From Selaginella moellendorffii (lineage: Eukaryota; Plantae; Lycopodiophyta): 64,000 bases of DNA. Made by a program: the position numbers and the translations under genes. The number at the start of each line of letters is the position of its first letter. Within the stretch, counting starts at the first letter, position 1. This document shows, one piece after another, positions 27,245 to 40,328 of this stretch. The notes below the pieces were generated by a model, which was not told where the DNA came from, ran no database searches, and was given only the letters and a program-made list of their open reading frames with translations. The stretch covers positions 1,339,752-1,403,751 of the forward strand of contig NW_003314302.1 in NCBI RefSeq assembly GCF_000143415.4, in the 5' to 3' direction.

Positions 27245-27721
27245 TTCCGTTATCCACCAGCGTTTTCCTTCGCCACGTCTCTCGATCCTTCGGCTCTTGG
27301 TAAGTTTTCTCGCAGTTTTCTAAATCTTACTCGGTTTGTGAGCCAGAATTTAACGTCGAAAGAACTGGACTATCTTGCGAGAAGTGGGAGAGTTCCAAGC
27401 TACACACACAGTTACAAATGTTATCACAGTAGCATCGATCGTGAATCGTGAATCAATTTTTAAGAGCTTCTTCGCACTCCTTGGAGTTTGTTCCTTGGCT
27501 ATTTCTAGCCAACCTTTCATCTTTGAGTTTTTCCATCTCCGTCTCTAAGTTGCTTCCATCTTACGTTGCTTTTATTTTTTAGTTTTTCTGCTTCCATTCT
27601 ATCTCCAAACTTTTCTGCATTAGCATCTCCGGGTTTTCAGCAACCTTAGCCCCGAGTTTCTAGCAATCTTAGTTTGAGCTTCACTGTTATTCTTGCTAAT
27701 CTCTTTTCGTGTTTTGCTTCC

Positions 27722-28340
27722 AGGACTTCAATGCAGCTCAAGTGGTCGAGCGACTCAACACTTCGGTCGCCGAGCAACGCAAAGCGAATGATCTGAAGGA
27801 ACTGGAACTCAAATGCCTGATGCGCGAAGGAGGAGGAGGAGCTGGAAACCAAGCGCGAGATGCTCAACGTGACTGGAGAAAAGGTGAAGCTAGATCCCAA
27901 GAAGCTCCACACCAAGGAGACGAACGTGCTTGAGCAACGACTTCTATCTTACGGGGCTCGGACAGCCGCTATCTCGACTGGCTGGTGTGTTTGGAAGAAG
28001 CTCATCTCTCAATGCCGTAAGCTTGTGCTCTCAAGCTGGGTGGCCGAGATGAAAAGGTATTGTTTCTCGATTTCCTTGTTTCTTCGTTGTCAATCTCTCA
28101 GCGTTTTATGTCTTTTCTTGATACAGGCTGCTAAATGGTGGGGCTGGAACATAGCTTATCCCAGGAGCTGGTGGTGCTGGAACTTGGAAACCATGCTGTC
28201 CAAGCTGGCCAACAATGCGAAGGACTTATTTTCCATATAGTTCCTGTATGGCGGAGGGCAACATGGGAATGTGGATTCATCTGCAAGGGCCTCTTTTCGA
28301 AGCAGAAGTGGTCAAGTAACGAAGGTAGAGGATAGGAACG
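27722..28340 (+). pseudogene. Fragmented gene remnant with coiled-coil-like segments
   Basis: Exon-like GC content with an intron-like GT..AG at ~28057-28126; coiled-coil text (VVERLNTSVAEQRKANDLKELELK; EEEELETKREML) split across frames. No family recognised. Confidence 0.3.
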
Positions 28341-31300
28341 TCAAACAGGTGTAGGGGACAGGATTAAATTTACATGGTTACATTCTCTCTTCCATAGAGG
28401 TACAAATCAATCGCAGGTCGTTTTAACGATCCTGGACAGCCGCGTGAGCCGTCTGCAAGTCTTGTTTCCAGAAATGATGAACTCCATAGAGAAAGCTTGA
28501 AAGTAATAGAACAAACGCACTACGAATCTCTCCAAAACGAGAGGATAATAGTCCTGCTCCTGGCAATCTCTCGGCGATTGTTTGTCGTGCTCCGTCCCCC
28601 AAAGTTGCGGTTAATCTAGTACATTCAAATGGAATCACTCTTAAAAGCACCAGTAGCTCTCATCATCTAATGTAACTTCTCCCTGGAATTACTTTCCCAA
28701 CGCCATGTTTATAGATTTCGAGACTTTCTGGTCCTCATATTATACACACTCCAAAGGAGAGTAAATATATACATCAAAGGCAAAAGATCAATCCATGCCA
28801 CTTATAAATCGTAATTTGAAGAGAGCATCCAGTAGCTTTGAATTGCTACTACAAATTCTATTTGAATTGGCTTTGAATTGGTAGACTTTGGCCTTGCGTG
28901 AACCCGAATGAGCAAGTAGCAGTCGACATTGAAAACATTTGTCTTAGAATGTATCATGCACACAACATGGAGAACTTCCGAGGTTCCAACTTGCATGCAA
29001 AGTAATGAATCTGCCTAGAGCAGGATGAACAGTCACCATTGTACTATATGATATTATGTATAGTACTACATATGATATCATGTTTTGTGTTACAGTTTGA
29101 TTTGTGTCTTTATATTTTTTCTCTCTTGAGACTTATTGAGTGTCTTGTGTGTGTGTGTGTGTGCGTGTCTTTTTTTTTCTTTTTGTACTTAGGATGAAGA
29201 CTACATTAGCTCCTGATTACATAGTATGAAAACAAAATAATACATCTCTAGTAGCATTGATCCTCAAGATGAAAAAAACAGATGTTAAAGCAAAACAATG
29301 TAAGATAGATGTTTTGTATCCTTAAGCTAAAAAAAATAATATTAGATTAAATAATAGTGCAAGTCAGTTATATATTTCACAACAAACTCATGATTTTTAT
29401 ATAAAATCCAAATGCATCTAGAATTTCATCCAAACTTGTTATAGGGTTTTTTATTAATTTCTACAAGTTGGTGAGCATTATTTATAAAAAGTAAATTATT
29501 ATTAAAAATCAAAATATTAAATTTTGTATGGATTTAATTTAGATTAAATATGTTCATTTAATAATTTTCAAAGTTTTTGTAAATTATTAAATCATTGTGG
29601 CTTATGAGCACATTTTTTATTGGCATTTTATCACTTTATATTAACAAATCATTAAAGGACAGAAAGTTAATCAAATATGTACTTTCATTGGTCTTAGCAC
29701 AAATTATTTCACATTGAATTTATTTTTTTACTATAATGATTTTAGTTAAAATTATTTATTCAGATGTGTGTTAACCTTTTTCCTTTACTAGAACAATAAT
29801 AATTTTAATTATAAAGGTAAAAGGGCTAAAAGTATAATATATTTATAGATTTTATTAACTTTATTTTGTTTTTAATATATTTTTTATTTAGGGCTACTCA
29901 TTTTCTGTTTGAGATATTTAATTTTGTTCAAGAAATAGACATAAAAAAGAATGAATGAACCATAATATAAAAATTGTTTGTAAAGCTATATAACATTTAT
30001 ATGAATGTAATTAAGAAAGTGGTAAACTTTATTAACTTTAAATTTATAATTTCAGAACAAACATTATGGGAGTGATAAATTTCCTTAAAGGATTTACTTA
30101 AACTTAATGACCATGATAACTTTTTAGGTTTCATAACAATTTCAAATTTTATTTGACTTATTACATTAGTTTTCACTGCTATAGCATTAAATGATAGGGC
30201 AATAGCACCAAACAGAGGAAATAGGGGAAGTCTTTTATCAGCAGTTAAAAACCCCTTTATAACACAAGTAGATATAAATGGCTTTTAATTTTAAGTGTTA
30301 CTTAATAACTAAAAATAAAAGTTTGTAAAGATTTAAAAAAAGTTATTAAACATAATTACTCAACCTGAAAGTAAATCATTAAAATATTGAATGTTTTAAA
30401 TTTTTCATGATAACAATTTAAATTTTTTACATAAGGAAATAATGCCCAAATGGCAATAACAAAGGTGTTAAAGTTCTAAAATTAATAACAATTAAATCTT
30501 TTAAACCATATAAGTAATATAAGGTTCATAGCAAATTTGAATAAATTTTAAATACATTTAGATTTGATAATAAGGTCAAGAGTTTATTATAAGGTATTTA
30601 ATTAACTTATTCTATTATTTAATTTAACATTAATTTTTTAAACTCAAACAAGTTTGTGAATTAAGGTAAAACCATATATACCTTCATATCTTATTCACAA
30701 AGAAGTGAGAGTTATATTTGTGAATGTTAGTAATTATATATTTGTTTGAGTTTATTCATTTAATAGGTTTTTAGATTCGAGTGGGAATTCAATTATCCAT
30801 TAACATATAAAAGTTTTTTTTGTTTTGGTTTTTAATAAATTTTTTCTTTCCATTTTTGAAAGGTTCTGTAGTGTTGTTTATTTTTAGTTTTAATGTAGCC
30901 ATTAGTGTCATTTGTGGAATTTTTAAAATTGTTAAATCATATAAATGTTTAATTTTAAATTTATCTTTGTTAGTTTGCTCTTGGATAATTTAAATATTTT
31001 TCAAAAACTTATACTTTAGTAATTTGGTATCACCTATTAGTAATATGGTAAGTTAAAATAAAGTTTTAAATATTAATAAAACTGAAAAAATTGTTACAAT
31101 TTATAAATTTTATAAAACCTTTAAAAGAATTTATCACTCATAAATCATGAAATTTAAAATGAACAAAGTATATTAATTTTCATTTACATTCATATAAACA
31201 TGGTAGAGCTTTTCAAATAAACAAAGTTATATTTTGATTCATCTTATTTTAATATTTATTGCTTAAAACATAAGACAAAAAACTCTTATACACATAAAAA

Positions 31301-31639
31301 ATGTTAAAATGAAAATAATATTAATTAATTTTATATTTAATTGTTTTAGAGGAAAAAATGGGTGAATAATACAAAAGTGGTAAAAAGTGATTAGAATTTT
31401 AAAAACAATTATTCATGAAATCTACTTTTTGTTAAAAAAATTCTATAATTTTTTTTATTCTGAAAATACTTGTGATCATAAAAAACCTAGCTGACGAAGT
31501 TTTAAATTTTTTTTAATAAAAGTGTAGTTTTATTTTAATTTTTTTATATTATTATATCATGCATCTGACTTTTAGTAAAAATGAAATGCTTTGGGAGAGG
31601 ATCAGTGCTGCGGCCGCGATATTCTCAGATCAGGTGCAC

Positions 31640-32130
31640 AAATCGCATGGATCAAGGAATGCGGCAGTGCCAGAGATCTGGAGCAAATCCACCAAGAGGC
31701 ATTCGTAGCGGCTATGGATGCAGCAGTCTGGATGATGCGATCCATCTTCAACGCCATGGGATGAAGAATCGCGACGTGGTGTCGTAGAATTGCTCTAGCC
31801 ATCAAGAAGATCTGCGGGAAGGTCGTCAAGCTCAACTCCCCGTTTTGATATCCACTTGAGAATCCTCTCCAAGAGCAGCTTCGCTGAGCTACACAACCAA
31901 CACGCTCATGGACATGTACACAAAGTGTGGATATTTGACAGGGTGGTTTCGCAAGACGTTGTTTCATGGAACGTCTTGATGCTTGGCTATGCCGAGAACG
32001 GAGAAGAGTCTCTTATGTTGCAGCTACTCCAAGTGACGGCTGGTGCTGCAAGCCCAAGGCTTGCGGCTGTCTCGCCGCCAAAGTAAAAGAAAATTACTGA
32101 GCAGCATTTTCTCTATTGCCTCGCTCCTCG
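31640..32130 (+). pseudogene. PLS-class PPR gene fragment
   Basis: IKECGSARDLEQIHQE; NTLMDMYTKCG; IFDRVVSQDVVSWNVLMLGYAENGE, spread over several frames with stops. Confidence 0.75.
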
Positions 32131-32159
32131 TGTCAAACTATCCTGAGCTTGGATCTCCT

Positions 32160-35100
32160 TGTGACGGTTGTTAGGCGCCAGCTTTGACTACATGGTCAAC
32201 GTCGGTCAAAGGGAGGCTCAAGGGTATATTAAGGCATGTTAGGGTAAGGGACTTAACCTACCCTAGGGCTCACAGTGGAGCGGTGGCGCAGTGGAGCTTT
32301 TGAGGTAGCTCAGGGGTGGTTGGGTGGTGAGGAACCTCAAGAGGTGGCATAGCATAATTTAGGGCAATTAGATCTTTGTCTTTTTGCGCTGGATCATAAC
32401 ATTGGTATCAGAGGATTAGTTACGATGGCCGACCAAGCTGAACACTGGAATCCTATTGTCGATGGTGGTGTCGACGATGGTGCTGACGAAGCTGCGGAGA
32501 TTTGGACTATTCAAGATGTGGTTCATGAGCTGTGAGCCCTTAATCGAAATCAGCAAGAGATGCAAGACAAGATGCATGGCATGATGGATACCATGCGTGG
32601 GCATGTTGAGGCACTCGAGGCTGGACGGGGTAACGCTCCAAGTAAGCCTTCTTTGGTAGATCGACTCAAGATTCCAACCTTTTCCGGTGATGGTGGTGTG
32701 GACGAGTGTCTCGCTTGGCTAGCCAATGTGAAGAAGTTCTTGGCTGCTAGAGGAATTCCAGATGCAGAGGCTTTAGTGGCTATTCCGGTGGTTTTGCATG
32801 ATGCGGGTCTTCAATGGTGGAATTGGCTTGAAGAGTCCCGTGTTGCAGATAAGAAACCACCAGTGTCTACCATGGATGAGTTTGAGGCTGCTTTCCATTT
32901 ACGTTTTGCCCCTCATGACGACGTGGAGAATGCTCGTACAGAACTTTGCCATTTCTAGCAAGGGAAAATGACGCTCGGGGATTATATTGAGAAGCTTACT
33001 CGCTTGATTAGTCGTGTTCCAACGAAGGATCCATATCAGAACAAGTCCTACTTCATTGATGGCCTACATAGTGAGAGCATGCAGCAACACTTGCGTCATT
33101 CTCAGCCTACAAAGAGTTTGGAGGAGCTCTTTGATGCGGCTCGTCGACTTGACAATGACAAGCACAAGTCTCGCAAGCGTTCGTGGAGTCCTTCTGTCAA
33201 GAATCGTCGTGATGATTGCCGTGGACACAAGGATGGGAACAAGCATTACAAGTTGAAGTCGGTGGTGACTACTTCAGATGCAAAGGGGTCCAAGAAGCAG
33301 AAGTTCTTTGTGAAGAATTATAGACAAGGTTGTCATCATTGTGGTGAATTTGGACACTACAAGGCTGATTGTCCACAGTTGAAGAACAAGCAGCAGGACA
33401 AGAAGAATGGCCAATCATCTTCTCACAGTAAGTCAGATACTAAAAAGTTGCAAGCTTTACAGTGTGAGGACGAGAACGACCATTCCGGTCGGAGGAAGAG
33501 ACTTTTGATCGTTGCTCGTCAACTCAACTGTGTATGGAACAAAATGGAGCTCGAGGATACACGTGAATCAGCTTTAATGCTGGAGGGCGTGTTCCGTGGC
33601 GATCTAGTGTGGATTTTACTGGATAGTGGGAGCGATGACAACTTTGTTTCGGCAAAGTTTGTTGCGGAGCATCGCCTGAACACACGTGGAGTTCTTCCAT
33701 ACACAGTGGAAGGTGCGGTTCATCCAGTGTTTACTTTCCAAGCTCATTTTATAACAAGAGGTCTCACATTATTCTCTCCATGTTGGTTGATACAGGTTCA
33801 AGTTTATCTTCTAATGCTCGACATGTTACCACATGTTGCCATCTATACTTGTGTCGTGCGGCGGAACCAATTTTCATTCTTTATGGTGAGCTTGAGTTGC
33901 AGTCATTATGGGTGGTGTCAAGTCAAGCTTTTGACCTCATTTTTGATATGGATTGGTTGCAGTGCAATAATGCCAAGTGTGACTTTGAAGTTTTTCCCCC
34001 TTGTCTCATACTCCTTTATGTTTCATCTATTCCTCTCACTTCTGTACCTTTTCGTTCCTTTACTTCTACCTCTATTTCCATTACTTTTGTTCCCCCACTA
34101 TTTCCTCCTTTGTTTCTGTTTTGTTCTACTCTTCCCTTTTCTAATCCCTTCGACGATCTTTGTGTTGCAACAGTTGACTGGCTCATGAAGGAGTATTCTA
34201 ATCTCTTTGAATTTGACTTATCATCTGGGGCCAAGATTGCCATACGTCATCCAATTCCAACTGGGGATGCTCGTCCAATCAAGGTTCTTGTTTGTCATCA
34301 GTCACTTTAAGAAGATCAAGATTTTACGTGCAAACGTCAAAGAGATGTTGGAGAAGAGCATTATTCAAAAGTTGTGGAGTCTTTGGGCATGTGAACTTTA
34401 TCTTGTGACAAAACTTGATGGGAGTATTTGTTTTTGCATCGACTATTGTCCATTAAAGGAAGTGACGATCCTAGATGTGTACCCTCTTCCTCACACTATT
34501 GATCTTTTGGATCATCTGGGGCAAAGTCATTGGTTCACTAAGCTAGATCTTGCTTCTAGGTATTGACAAGTATCGATGGCCGAAGAAGATATTCTTAATA
34601 CTACTTTTCGTACACCATTTAGTTTGTACGAGTTCTTAGTGATGCCGTTTGGTTTGAACAATGCTTTAGCAAGTTTCTAACGGATGATGGATGAGGTTCT
34701 TTGTGATATGTCAAAAGTAACTGCTGACTTCATTGATGATGTCTTGCTCCACTCGGAGGGGATGTGGGAGGAGCATGTTCGTGATGTTTGTAAAGTGTTG
34801 GATCAGCTACGCGACGTTGGTTTAAAGCTAAAGTGGTCGAAGTGCGTGTTTGGGTCCAAAGACACAAGTTATTTTGGGTACTGTATTTTTCGTGAGGGTT
34901 TGCAAATTGATCATGACAAACTTGTGGTTGTTCTAAAATTCCCTACTCCGAAGTGTGTGAATAATGTGTAGCACTTCTTGGGCAAAGTACAGTATCTTGG
35001 TTGTTTTGTGGATCATCTTTCTGATCGCACTACACCATTGCGAGCATTGTTGAAGTCATCAACGTCATCTTTCATTTAGTCTTTGAATTGTGAATAGGCG

Positions 35101-37986
35101 TTCGTGGATCTCAAAGAGCTATTGATGACTCCTCCGGTTTTGGCATATCTTGACTACACTCGACCTTTTATTTTGCGTGTGGATGCTTTTGACATTGGTC
35201 TTGGAGGTGTGTTGATGCAAGAGAACTCGAGTGTGCTTGGTCAACGCCATCCCATTGCATATATAAGCTGTAAATTACAACTAGTAGAGATGAACTACTC
35301 CACGACAGAGAAGGAGTGTTTAGCAGCAGTCTGGGGTTTTGAGAAACTTCATGCATATCTACATGGTTCTCAGACATTACTTGAAAGTGACCATGCTGTT
35401 GTTACTTCATTATTGAAGCGAAAGAACCTGGTTGGTCGTATTGCTTGATGGGCTTTGAAGCTTCAGATATATAATTTTGATGTTATTCATTGCCTAGGGA
35501 GTTTTATGGTTGATGCTAATGCCCTTTCTCGAGCTCCTCTTCCTTCTCCACTCTCTTCTCATATTTCTGACAAGCCTGTTATTCCAGCATCTGTGGATTT
35601 TCTAAACAAGAATTCTATGCCATCGGCGGTTGCTGTACTTGACGTTCAATGTCCACAAGGCACAAAGCAAAATCTACCTTCTCTTGATGAGGTTCGTGAA
35701 GCTCAAAAGATTGAGTTGTGAATTCGAAGGCTTCATGATGGGTTTGAGAATCCTGCATCACTTGCTGATGACTTGCCTTTCCGGCATTTACATTCTCAAT
35801 ATTGCCTTAAAGACGGCCTTTTCTATTTTGTGGGAACGAATCTTGATAATCATTTATGGCTGGTGGTGTCTTTTAGTTTTATTCTACAATTTCTCTATGC
35901 CTACCATGATTTTCCTGTTCTAGATAGGCATATGGGATATCGTCGTGTAACTGAGAAGCTGTGCAGGTCTTTTTATTGACCGAAAATGCGATATGATATT
36001 ATCCGGTATATGTGTAGCTACATTTGGTGCTAAGCTCGTAATACTCCCCCTCGTGCTGCGGAAGGACGGTTGGAGTCAATTACAATTTCCCATCTATTTG
36101 AGTTGGTGGCGTTTGATCTTATGGGACTTTTTCCACTGGCAATGAATATGTTATATTGCTTCTGACTACTTGACTCGTTAGGTGGAAGTTGGTGCTCTTG
36201 CTAGTGCCTTTGCAACTACTATTGGATACTTCCTCCTCAATTGAGTGGTGTTTCAGCATTCTTGTCCAGAGTGGATTCTTTCGGATAATGGTCCCGTGTT
36301 TATGGCTAAGACATTTCATGTTTTGACGTCTCGGTTGGGGATACGCCACACTTTCACGAGTGTTTATCATTCACAATCAAACAGTTTAGTGGAACAGCTT
36401 GTTCAGACATTCAAAGGGATGATTGTGAAGTATGTGAACTTTCAGCATTCAGATTAGGATGGTTATTTGCCATCTCTTCGGTATGCATGTATCATAGGGG
36501 TGCAAAGTTTAGTTGATGCTTCAACATATAAACTTCTATATGGTCATGATCCAATATTACCAATGGAGCTGAGTTTACCTTTGCGATTGCCACGAGCTAC
36601 CGATGTTAGGTCGTGGGATTAGTTTTTGACGAGCATTCTTCCACTTGTCCGAGTAGAGTTTGCCGAACACTTAGGCCGCGTACAAATGGGACAATAATGG
36701 GGCTACAACTCCCATCATCGTCCACCTGCGAAGTCCAAAGTGGATGATTTGGTGTTAATCCATTTTCCCCATCTTATGGTATGTGGTATATATAAAGGGC
36801 TTCTTAGGTAGTGGAAAGGACCATATCGGGTGTTGCGGCAAGTTGAGTGTAAGGAACCAACTCCCCGAGGTGTCGTAGGCTAAAAGATCCCCGAAAGCAT
36901 GACAAAAATGATAAAGAGTTCATCAGATAGGATTAAGTCTAAGATCGAGTCCAAGACTGAGTTGAGATTAAGATTGGGGCCAAGGGGCCGTGGGTGGGAG
37001 TGAGCATGGACTCAGATGGTGTCGGAGGGGCCACCCAAGGAAGTGCTCAAGAGCAGCTCCCACTCTTGGAAGGGAAACCGATTGCAGTGCTCCCGACTTA
37101 TGTGGAGTGGTGCCCCACTTAAGTACCTTGCGGCTTATTGGTCCTTGCCCTTCCTAGGGGCTTAGGCCTTCCCTGTGGGATGGAAGTGGGGGGGTAGAGG
37201 TACCCATACTGGGCTGTTAGGCCACAGTGTTTCGCCCCAGTGTCCCGAAGCAAGTGTTGCATCCAAGGCTTGGGATTTAAAGGGTCCTATGATCAAGTCT
37301 TGTTGTACCAAGGAATGCTAGGAACCTGGAGGCTTGGTGTGCTTGGCTGCTTGTGCCTACGGGGAGTGTAGCTGAACCTTAAGTCGAATCTAACCTGGAG
37401 AGGGGGATTGGGAGAGATTTGGGAATCCGTGGATGGATGGCTAACACTCTGTTGTTTGTGTAATGAGTAGTTGAACCCAAATAGGACCAAGTAGGAGCTG
37501 GTACAATAAGCGAGAACCTTGGTGAAGGAACTTAGCTAAAGCCAAGGTAGTGTTGGTCGGATAGACAAGGTAAGCTGGCAAATTAGAAAGGAAAAATTTG
37601 TAGTTAACAATGAGGTTCGGCATGACGTCTAGTAGGCCGATCCTCCAGAGATTATGCATGTGTAGCGATTGAAACGCTTCATATAAAGGGATTAGGAGCA
37701 GTTAATACCACCTACAAATCTGCTGATGCCTCTTCCGGATGTTCCTCCAGATCCTGGCCCATCTACAAGATAACCCTGATGGTCTTTCATTATTCCAAGA
37801 GGAGGGAATGATGTGAGAGCCAAGTGTATAGCTACAATGCCATATACTAATATTAGCGTAATGGGATTTTGGTAGCTATTGGATTGGTTTCAATCTGGAC
37901 CACTTGCTTCTATATATAAGCTAGAGTTTTTGAGCTAATTGATATGCACATTTTCTATATTCCCTTTCCATATTCCAAGCACTCAG
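32160..37986 (+). mobile_element. Chimeric Ty3/gypsy: 5' LTR-gag-protease of one family joined to protease-RT-RH-IN-3' LTR of the short-LTR family
   Basis: LTR 32160-32401 (TG..CA) + iMet PBS tggtatcagag (32403); gag RLKIPTFSGD; knuckle CHHCGEFGHYKADC; protease ILLDSGS (~33615). From ~33715 the sequence matches the 12.8-18.0 kb family (second protease VDTGS at ~33786; RT FIDDVLL; integrase ILSDNGP). PPT and 3' LTR 37812-37986 are unrelated to the 5' LTR. Confidence 0.85.
36848..37609 (+). mobile_element. Solo LTR (~760 bp) of a third LTR family nested in integrase
   Basis: tgtaaggaacc...tagttaaca; flanks ttgag/atgag (4/5 TSD). Host integrase resumes at 37610. Homologous to LTRs at 57.4-60.0 kb. 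Confidence 0.8.
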
Positions 37987-37989
37987 AAT

Positions 37990-38330
37990 GCAAAAGCATA
38001 ATTTATATTTTAAAATGTTGATATTTTAAGTGGTAAAGGCCTATATGGCTTTAAAATACACTGTCAAATTTATAACAATATTGCTTCAACATATCCTGTT
38101 GCCAACATGCCATTATCATATAGATAATTTTACATGTTCAATATATATGAGGCTACAAATATTAGAAAGAAAAATTCATTCAACACAAATTGTGATCTTA
38201 ATTTTTTATTACAATTAGATAAGTTGTTAAGAACAATAAACATATATACACAAGCTTTTTAAATGATGTATAATCTTGAATCACAAGAACAATGTCGCTC
38301 AATTAGCACTATAACTTTGAAACATGGTAT
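37990..38330 (+). mobile_element. Helitron RepHel N-terminal fragment (decayed)
   Basis: Homologous to 60156-60500 (-): G.Y..KI...IY.NIAS....LLQLDKLLRTIN.YTQAF..MYNLESQEQ. Confidence 0.65.
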
Positions 38331-39888
38331 TTATATGGTTGTTAGAAATGGAGGTACCTCAATCATAGCCCAGCTGTTCTCAAAGTTCCAAGGGAATGAA
38401 GTGATAGAAGTTAATGTGTTGCCTAGGAATGGTAACTGCGAAAATGATGGAAGATGACAGCCTAATAGATGAATGGTGGAAGAAATTGCTAGTTGATTAT
38501 AATGGAGTCATAGTGGAGGGGATTTGGCACCCTTTGAATATAGTTGAAGTTGTTGGTAGCATGTGTGCTCATTACGGAAGAAGAAAAAAGTTTGTAATCT
38601 TTATGGGCATCTGCTAGAATCATTGTGTTTTTCTACTGTAGGAATATGGGATTGGGTAAAATATCTACCCATAGTAATACTTAGTCTCTTGTGTGCATCA
38701 GGTCTAACCATCTCTCAAAAATCAGCTACTAATTGTCTTAGATTTACCCATACTCACTGCATCAAAATAGTTTAAGTCATATCTTGAGTTTAGCATGTTA
38801 GATTGGCTGCTTTTTGGTGTGGCTATTGCATATAGTGATGATGAATAGAGTGAGATCCCTGAGGCCATGTGTGCATGATGAGAAAAGTGAAGAAATGTGA
38901 ACCAGACAATTGTAGTGAGTGGTAAACAATGGTGTAGTTAGTAATAGAATGAATGATTGTAACTGTAAGTGGTGGAGAGTGATGTTGATGATAGTGGGAG
39001 TGAAATAAAGTGAAAAAAAACCTAGGAACCTTGAGTAGCAAACTGTGAAATGGATGACCTCCCAGATGAGAGGAGTTGATGCAGCCTTAAGGTGAAAGTC
39101 CAAGCTCATGATTACTCCATCCTAGAAACACCATATAAAACAAAGCAAAAAAAATGAAAGAAAGATGGAAAAAGACATTGAAAAGAAAGAAAAAAGGAAG
39201 AAAAGAAAAAATCTCATAACATAGGAAGTTTGGAAAACTCTCTCCTGGAGATTGAATCTATGCCAAGAGATCATAAAGAGTTTTGAAGGAAGCCAAAGAT
39301 GCTGCAAAAGCTAACCATTTCACCCTCCAATGTGTGATGTGTTAGTATTGCCAATATGATGAAATCTGGAGCTTGGCTGTATGTGGTGACCTATGGAGCC
39401 CCTAGAGTATGGAAGGAGGAGTCTCCAAAGTAGTGAACTCAATCAGAAGCGCTCACAAGAATCTAATGGTTAAGTAAATTGTGAGTGACCATAAAAGATG
39501 TTATGCTATGAGTGAGGTCACGGGTAATATCCTGTGGTTAGAGAGGTCTAATGTGATGTCTCAAGGCTGGAGAAGCTTTTGAAAAGAGCTAGGCTAGTGG
39601 TGGAGAAAAAGTGCTACTTTTGCCACCTTTAATGAGTAAATAATCTGCAAGATTTTGGCCTGTATGCACCTTGTCCATCTATTGTGTCAAAGTGTTGTGG
39701 ACTATGGTTAAAGGCTGGAGATGGTCCAAAGAAAAAGTTGTGGCTAGAAACAATCTATGAGTCACTGCAAATGTGTTCTTATCATCACTTAGAAGGTCAC
39801 ATGGTGAAGTACATGTGACTTGGAGATTTTTCTGTAAAGGTGGTTAGTACAACATCACAAACTTCTTGGTGGATATCATCTCCAAAAT
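38330..39888 (-). mobile_element. Decayed repeat-like sequence, possibly a LINE remnant
   Basis: Strongly CpG-depleted with no intact ORF; family not determinable by eye. Confidence 0.25.
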
Positions 39889-40328
39889 GCTCTATTTCGT
39901 TAAAGTGGGAATTGTCATTATCCCACTTGTAAAATAAGGTTTCCAAACCTTTATATAGTATATAAATATAACAAAATTCAACTGCATTGAGACACATGCC
40001 ATTTTATTTTAAACAAGGAAATGTCTACTCAATCACTTCTCCTCCCCCTGCCACTGCTTCACCTCTCTCTTCTCCTTGTCATCGTTGTCCAATTTCTTTC
40101 CATCCTTTTAATATTGGCTCAGTTGCTCCGAGTCTAGGTGGAGCCCAAGTCCCCATTCAATCTTTACTTTCCCCTTATTAATAAAACAACTTCGTAGACT
40201 TCCAATAACATGCTGTAACACTTCTAGTATAATGCAAATCTTCTCAAAGAATTGTCTTTTAATATTAATACAATGGCATGGAACCCCATGCCATAATAAG
40301 TTACATTTTTAAATAAATACATGCCATC

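Noticed and set aside
30160-30245. Viral envelope fusion peptide (KR|LPLFPLFGAIALSF) on the minus strand
   Set aside because: Short hydrophobic match with no furin RxxR site, signal peptide or surrounding env ORF; likely chance.
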